DNA of 64,000 nucleotides from an uncultured delta proteobacterium (lineage in GTDB: Bacteria; Myxococcota_A; UBA9160; UBA4427), in the NCBI GenBank assembly GCA_963822965.1, contig CAWGJT010000014.1, forward strand, positions 430,288-494,287, given 5' to 3'. Of the stretch, positions 58,302 to 64,000 are shown in pieces (the first letter of the stretch is position 1; every line of letters starts with the position of its first letter). Made by a program: the position numbers and the translations under genes. Below the pieces are notes generated by a model. It was not told the origin of the DNA and ran no database searches. It saw only the letters and a program-made list of their open reading frames with translations.

Positions 58302-60454
58302 GCGACCGCCCCCGGCTGTCTCCGAGCCTGGCCCGGAACCCGGACCTGGACACCTGGATCCGGATCGAGCGGGACGGAACGGTGACCGTCTTCACCGGCA
58401 AGGTGGAGATCGGTCAGGGCATCAAGACGGCGATCGCGCGCATCGCGGCGGAGGAGCTCGATCTCGAGCTCTCGCAGGTTTGCGTGCACACCGCCGATAC
58501 GGCCGAGGGCCCCGACGAGCTGCTGACGGCGGGGAGCATGTCGGTGGAGCACAGCGGCAGCGCCGTCCGCCTCGCCGCCGCCGAGGCGCGCCAGATCCTG
58601 CTGGGGGCCGCGGCCGAGCGGCTGTCGGCGTCGCTCTCGCAGCTGGAGGTCGAGGCGGGGATCGTGCGCGTCCGCGGGTCCGACACCGGCATCGGGTACG
58701 CGGAGCTCTTCGGCGGGCGCCGCTTCGAGCGGAAGATCACGGGCGAGGGCACTCCCAAGCGGCCTGGGTCGTACCGCGTCGTCGGCCGGCCGGGCCCCCG
58801 GATCGACCTCGAGGCGAAGCTCACCGGCGGCGCCTTCGTCCACGACCTGCATCGGCCGGGCATGCTCTTCGGCCGGGTGGTGCGGCCCCCCAGCCCGGCG
58901 GCGAGGCTTCGGGGCGTCGACCTCGACGCGGTGCGCGCGCTCCCCGGCGTCGTCGCGGTGGTCCGCAACGGTCGCTTCCTGGGCGTCGTGGCCGAGCGCG
59001 AGGAGCAGGCGGTTCGCGCCCGCGAGGCGCTGCGCGACGCTGCGACCTGGCACGAGACGGAGACCCTGCCGGCGGGCGACGATCTCGCCGACTGGATGCT
59101 CGAGCAGCCCCGGCTGCGCTATGCGGTGGTGGACGGGACGGGCGAGGACCGTGCACCCGAGGCCCACCGGCCGCCGCCGGACGCGGCCACGAGCCTGCAG
59201 CGCCGCTACACCCGTCCCTTCCTGATGCACGCCTCGATCGGGCCGTCCGCCGCCCTGGCCGAGATCCGGGACGGTCGCCTGACGATCTGGACCCACTCGC
59301 AGTCGGTGACGTTCACGCGGGCGGCCGTCGCCCAGGCCCTCGAGATGCCCGTCGAGACCGTGCGCATGATCCACGCCGACGGACCGGGCTGCTACGGACA
59401 CAACGGCGCAGACGATGCGGCTCTCGACGCGGCCCTGCTCGCACGCGCCGTGCCCGGACGCCCGGTGCTGCTGCAGTGGATGCGAGACGACGAGCACTGC
59501 TGGGAGCCGTACGGCCCCGCCATGGTGGTGGACCTGCACGGGAGCCTGGATGCGTCCGGATGCGTCATCGACTGGAGCCACGAGGTCACCAGCCACACCC
59601 ACGTCGGCCGTCCGATTCCGGGCCAGACCGGATCGAGCCTGCTCGCCGCCTGGCACCTGGATCCGCCCCGCGAGCGTCCGGTGCCCCAGCCGCGCTTCGG
59701 TCCGGAGATGGGCATCCATCGTAACGCCCACCCCGGATACGCGTTCCCGCGCAAGCACGTGGTGGGAAGCCTGGTCCTGACCGAGCTGCTGCGCACCTCG
59801 TCCCTGCGCGGGCTCGGCGCCTTCGCCAACGTCTTCGCGATCGAGTCCTTCCTGGACGAGCTCGCCTACGCCGCCGGCGTCGATCCGGTGGAGCTTCGAC
59901 TGCGTCACCTCGACGACGAGCGCGCCCGCGCGGTGGTACGCGCCGCCGCCGACGCGGCGGGCTGGCCGGGCGAGACCGGAAGCGGACGTGCCCTGGGCCT
60001 GGGCTACGCCCGCTACGCGAACAGCAAGGCCTACGCGGCGGTGGTCGTGGATCTCTCCGTCGAGGACGAGGGCCGGATCCGGCTGCATCGCGCCGTGATC
60101 GCGGCCGACGCCGGCCAGGTGATCGATCCCCAGGGCCTCGCGAACCAGCTGGAGGGCGGCTTCCTCCAGGCCGCCAGCTGGACGCTCTACGAAGAGGTGC
60201 GCTTCGACGCGACCCGGGTCTCGAGCCGCGATTGGGACACCTACCCGATCCTCGGCTTTGCGGACGTGCCCGAGCTGCAGACGGTCCTGCTCGATCGGCC
60301 CGAGCACCGACCCCTCGGCGCCGGCGAGGCCACCCAGGGCCCGACGCCGGGCGCCATCGCCAACGCGGTCTTCCGTGCCACGGGCCGCCGGCTGCGGCGC
60401 ACCCCGTTCACGCCGGAGCGCGTCGCGCGCTGCGAGGTCGCGTCGCCTGCTTGA
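58298..60454 (+). CDS. Molybdopterin-binding large subunit (IorB/NicB-like)
   Basis: GKVEIGQG, TAGSMS, MHASIGPS, LRGLG, NQLEGG and GAGE...AIANA; ATGA overlap. Confidence 0.92.
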   Translation: MSDRPRLSPSLARNPDLDTWIRIERDGTVTVFTGKVEIGQGIKTAIARIAAEELDLELSQVCVHTADTAEGPDELLTAGSMSVEHSGSAVRLAAAEARQILLGAAAERLSASLSQLEVEAGIVRVRGSDTGIGYAELFGGRRFERKITGEGTPKRPGSYRVVGRPGPRIDLEAKLTGGAFVHDLHRPGMLFGRVVRPPSPAARLRGVDLDAVRALPGVVAVVRNGRFLGVVAEREEQAVRAREALRDAATWHETETLPAGDDLADWMLEQPRLRYAVVDGTGEDRAPEAHRPPPDAATSLQRRYTRPFLMHASIGPSAALAEIRDGRLTIWTHSQSVTFTRAAVAQALEMPVETVRMIHADGPGCYGHNGADDAALDAALLARAVPGRPVLLQWMRDDEHCWEPYGPAMVVDLHGSLDASGCVIDWSHEVTSHTHVGRPIPGQTGSSLLAAWHLDPPRERPVPQPRFGPEMGIHRNAHPGYAFPRKHVVGSLVLTELLRTSSLRGLGAFANVFAIESFLDELAYAAGVDPVELRLRHLDDERARAVVRAAADAAGWPGETGSGRALGLGYARYANSKAYAAVVVDLSVEDEGRIRLHRAVIAADAGQVIDPQGLANQLEGGFLQAASWTLYEEVRFDATRVSSRDWDTYPILGFADVPELQTVLLDRPEHRPLGAGEATQGPTPGAIANAVFRATGRRLRRTPFTPERVARCEVASPA

Positions 60455-60639
60455 GCCGCGCTCAGGCAAGCATCCAGGCAAGCCCGGCAGCTCCAAGCCT
60501 GCGGGTCGCCCTGTTGCCGCCCCTTCGGGGAAATCAGGCCGCGGCCATGGAATTGGCCGCTTTCGGCATTTCCTTCCACACGCCGATTCTGCTCAAATGG
60601 GTTCTCCGGCGCGATCGGGCGCCCAGGAAGACCCCCAGC

Positions 60640-62441
60640 ATGGACCCGGCCCAGGCTCTGACAGGCGCGATCGTGCTCCTCGGAGCCGGCATCGCGGGCG
60701 CGGCGTTGGCCCGGCTGCCGCGATCCGCGGTCCGCCCGCCGGTCTACGCCTTCGTCCTGGCGGGCGTGCTCTGGGCGTTCGGCGACTGGGTCGCGGACGG
60801 CGCGCAGGACGCCACGGCGAAGCAGATCGGCGTCGCGATCCTGTACACCGGCTCGATCACGATGCCGGCGCTCTGGTGGATCATCGCCCTGCGCTGGGCC
60901 GACGAGGTCGGCGCGGCGCTCCGCCTGCGATCTCCGGCGTGGCGTCGGGTGCCCGTGGCCTGGGCGGGAGCCATGTGGCTGGTGATGATCACGAATCCCT
61001 GGCACGGCGCCTTCATCACGCCGGTGGTGGGAGGGCGCAACGTCTACCAGCCCTTCTGGTTCGTGATGGCGCTTCCGAACTATGGGCTCGTCCTCGCGGC
61101 CCTCGCCGTCGAGATCGCCGTCGCGCGTCGGGTGCGCCGGCCGGCCGTCCGCCGGCAGGCCGCCTTCCTGATCGCCGCCAGCGGCGTCACCCTCCCCGGG
61201 AACCTGGCGTACGTGTCCGGCCTCGGCGCCCGTGGACCTCGCCGCGGTGGTGCTCTCGCTGTCGATCTCGCTGCTGCTCGTCGGGATGGCCCGCGACGGG
61301 CTCTTCGGGGTGATGCCCGCGGCGATGTCGGCGGTCGCGGCCGATCATCCCGACGGGATCGTCGTCGATCGGGTCCGACGGATACATGGTCTTCGCGAAC
61401 CGGCGTGCCCACGAGCTGCTCGCGCCCGTCCCCCTGCGCGCGACCGGCCCTTCCTCGAGATCCTGCGGAACTTCGCCCTGCAGCCGCGAGCCGAGTCTGC
61501 CGACGGGCCCCGACGGCGATCCGGAATGGTGGCGGGCGCTGGGCACGCCGACCGGCGTCTTCTTCCAGATCCGGGACGGCACGGGCAGCGATGGCTGCAG
61601 GCGATCGCCAGCCCGATCGGGGCCGGCTCGGAAGCACGCGGGCCGGCTGCTGCACCTGCACGACGCGACGGCGCGCCGCCAGGCCGAGCTCCATGCCGGA
61701 CAGCAGCGAAGGCTCGAGAGCGTCGCCGCGCTGGCGCTCGGCGTGGCTCGAGACTTCCAGGGGGCCTTCGCGATCGTCCGCGGCAACGCCGAGCTGCTCG
61801 AACGAGAGCTGGAAGCGATCCCGCCGCAGCGCCATCTCGCACGCATCTTCGAAGCGACGCGAGTGGGCTCCGATCTCGCCCAGGAGCTGCAGCTCTACGC
61901 GGGCAGCATCCACTCCGTCCACACCACCCTCGACCTGTCCCAGGCGGCCGCCGAGAGCTGCGACTGGATCGAGTCGGAGCTGCCTCCCGGCGTTCGCGTC
62001 CTGCGCCGGCTCGCCAACCGGCTGCTGCCCGTCGAGGCGGATCCGATCCAGCTCCGGGACTGCGTCCTCCACCTGCTCCGGAACGCCGTCGAGGCGACCG
62101 CCGAGGACGGCGGAAGGGTCGAGGTGTCGACGGGGGTCGAGCACATCGACCCGAGCATCTTCGAGGCGCTCGTCTGGGGGCGAGACGAGCCGCCCGGCGA
62201 CTTCGCCTACGTGCAGGTCCGCGACGAGGGCGGCGGCATGGACGAGGAGACGGAGGAGCGGGCCTTCGAGCCCTTCTTCAGCACGCGCCACAAGGACCGG
62301 GGCAGCGGGCTCTCGACCGTTCTGGGGATCGCGCGCGCCCACGGTGCCCTGCTCGGTCTGAGGAACGATCCCGGCAGGGGCTGCACCTTCGCCCTCTACT
62401 TCCGGCTGATACCGGGGGCGCCGCCGCCGCCGGCGCGCTGA
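60640..62441 (+). CDS. 7TM-sensor histidine kinase-like protein, frameshifted, lacking the H-box His
   Basis: N-terminal TMs (TNPWHG), PAS-like segment, LALGVARDF, N box LLRNAVEA, DEGGGMD and FEPFFST. Confidence 0.75.
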
Positions 62442-62477
62442 GCGCCACGGAATCGGCGATCCGGAAGCGGCGCGTGC

Positions 62478-64000
62478 TCAGCCGCCCACCGGGTTGCGCT
62501 GGCGGTAGAGCCTGGGGTCGACGATTCCCGCCATGGCCTCGGGGATCGGCGCCGGGCCGGCCGCAGGGCCGGTGTTGCGGAGGAACTCGGCGACCCTCGC
62601 CGCCGTCGCCCCGGGATCGGCCAGGGCCCGCTCGTGCGCGACGAAGCAGGTTCGCACGTTCTCGCGCTGTCCCAGCCAGATCTTGACCTGACGCAGCTGT
62701 CGGGCGAAGGCTTGCTTCAGCGCGGCTTCGCCCGCCCGGTCCGCCTCCGCCGCGGCCGGGCGGGTCGCGAGGCGCGAGAGCATCTTGCGCTGGGACGCCA
62801 GGATCTCGTCGAGATCGCGTTCCATGAAGACGACGCGATAGTCGTGGTCGCTCGGCAGGGAAGGGAGCAGGGGCGCGACGATCTTGATCGCGCGTCCCCG
62901 GATTCCGGCGAGGAAGGCTCCCTCAGTGCGGAGCCTCTTCACGGCCTCGTACTCGTAGTAGCCGCGGGGGTTGTCGGCGTCCGCGACGCGCTTCGCGTCG
63001 CTGGCGATCTCGAGGCCGCCGGCCTCGAGCATCTGCATCATCATCGAGGTGCCCGAACGCGGCAGGCCGGACACCACGGTGATCATGCGATCCGGGTCGA
63101 GCGCGCGCCGGCTCGCGACCGGCGCCGGACGCGAACCGGCCAGAGCCGCCCGCTCGGCCTTCGCCCGCCGGGGCTTCGCGACCGCCTCGCCGTGGTCCGT
63201 CTGCGTTCCTTTCTGGAGCGCTCTCACCCGCCTGCGGTGGTGCTCGGCGCGTTCGACGTCGCAGCAGGGCCAGAATAGAGGCGCACGAGCCGGGCGTGGC
63301 TCTCGAGCGAATTGGGGTTCAGGGAGATGGCCGTCCGGAAGGCAGCCTCGGCGTCGCCGTAGCGGCGCAAACGCGCGAGAGCCACGCCCAGCACGTGGTG
63401 CGCGAGGGGATAGTGGAAGAGCAGGCCCACCGCCTCCAGCGCTTCCTCGGCGGCCTCGCGCGGGCGACGCTGGCGGAGCCTCGCGCGGGCCATGCCGAGG
63501 TGGGCGTGGGGGTTCAGCGGGTCGATCCCGATCGCGTGCTCGAAGGCGCGAACCGCGTCCGCGGGGCGTCGCAGCTGGAGATACGCCTCGCCGATCTGGA
63601 TCGGGAGTCCCGGCCTCGTGGGCTCCGCCTGCTCGGCCTTCTGCAGGTGCTCGAGCGCTTCCTGCGCCCGCCCCTCGGCGAGACACACCCAGCCGAGCAG
63701 GTACTCGAGATCGAACGGGCGAACCTGCGCGAGGCCGCGGAGGCGCCTCCACTCCGCTCGCCCCGCCTCGTCGAGCAGCTTCGGGTCCAGCGGGGTCGGC
63801 TGCGCTTGGTCGCCCGCGCCCGCGTCGCCGGGATCGCTCGGTCCCTCCGCGGCGTCGCTTCCGCTCGCTTCGGCTTGCTTCGTCCGGGCCCGGGAACGCC
63901 ATTCGTCGGCGAGCCGCCGAAGACCCTTGCGCGCCTCCACCGCATCCTCCTGGCGCTGTCTCGTGATGCGCTCCACCAGGCCCCGCAGCGCCACCGGCTC
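62478..64000 (-). CDS. TPR plus P-loop sulfotransferase protein (5' partial; frameshift near 63270)
   Basis: TPR repeats, then VVSGLPRSGTSMMMQML, NPRGYYE, MERDLDEILASQ and DPRLYR. Confidence 0.8.
   Translation of the reverse strand, partial: AGGAAGPGGAHHETAPGGCGGGAQGSSAARRRMAFPGPDEASRSERKRRRGGTERSRRRGRGRPSAADPAGPEAARRGGASGVEAPPRPRAGSPVRSRVPARLGVSRRGAGAGSARAPAEGRAGGAHEAGTPDPDRRGVSPAATPRGRGSRLRARDRDRPAEPPRPPRHGPREAPPASPARGRRGSAGGGGPALPLSPRAPRAGRGSRAFAPLRRRRGCLPDGHLPEPQFAREPRPARAPLFWPCCDVERAEHHRRRVRALQKGTQTDHGEAVAKPRRAKAERAALAGSRPAPVASRRALDPDRMITVVSGLPRSGTSMMMQMLEAGGLEIASDAKRVADADNPRGYYEYEAVKRLRTEGAFLAGIRGRAIKIVAPLLPSLPSDHDYRVVFMERDLDEILASQRKMLSRLATRPAAAEADRAGEAALKQAFARQLRQVKIWLGQRENVRTCFVAHERALADPGATAARVAEFLRNTGPAAGPAPIPEAMAGIVDPRLYRQRNPVGG

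Overview
Very GC-rich bacterial DNA. PEP-CTERM proteins, an outer-membrane barrel, RND pumps and c-type cytochromes indicate a diderm; a Myxococcota-like lineage is my inference only. The window holds about 50 densely packed genes and I found no rRNA, tRNA or CRISPR array. Many genes are broken by single-base indels in patches (about 6.5-8.6, 12.9-14.3, 16-17.5, 22.7-23.6 and 61-63 kb), which look like long-read assembly errors. Main blocks: (1) GMC oxidoreductase pair, arylsulfotransferase, a two-gene HTTM/VKGC-like module, hflX and an ABC-F ATPase; (2) small dehydrogenases and regulators; (3) a beta-propeller/di-heme PEP-CTERM surface protein next to a GT2/GT-C/methyltransferase cluster; (4) a candidate catabolic island for hydrophobic substrates: epoxidase-like FAD monooxygenase, styrene-oxide-isomerase-like membrane protein, PQQ dehydrogenase with a lanthanide-type DYD motif, CX3CH cytochrome, BVMO and esterase; (5) an expanded DUF1302/DUF1329/Ycf48/MMPL-RND envelope system whose RND carries a helix-hairpin-helix insertion, followed by two lipoproteins, a vWA protein, a TPR protein and a halogenase-like enzyme, with a MITE inside the locus; (6) cytochrome c4-MFP-RND-DUF2804, P450, a Mo-hydroxylase pair, a His-less sensor kinase and a TPR-sulfotransferase. 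All family calls come from motif recognition by eye; no database searches were run.
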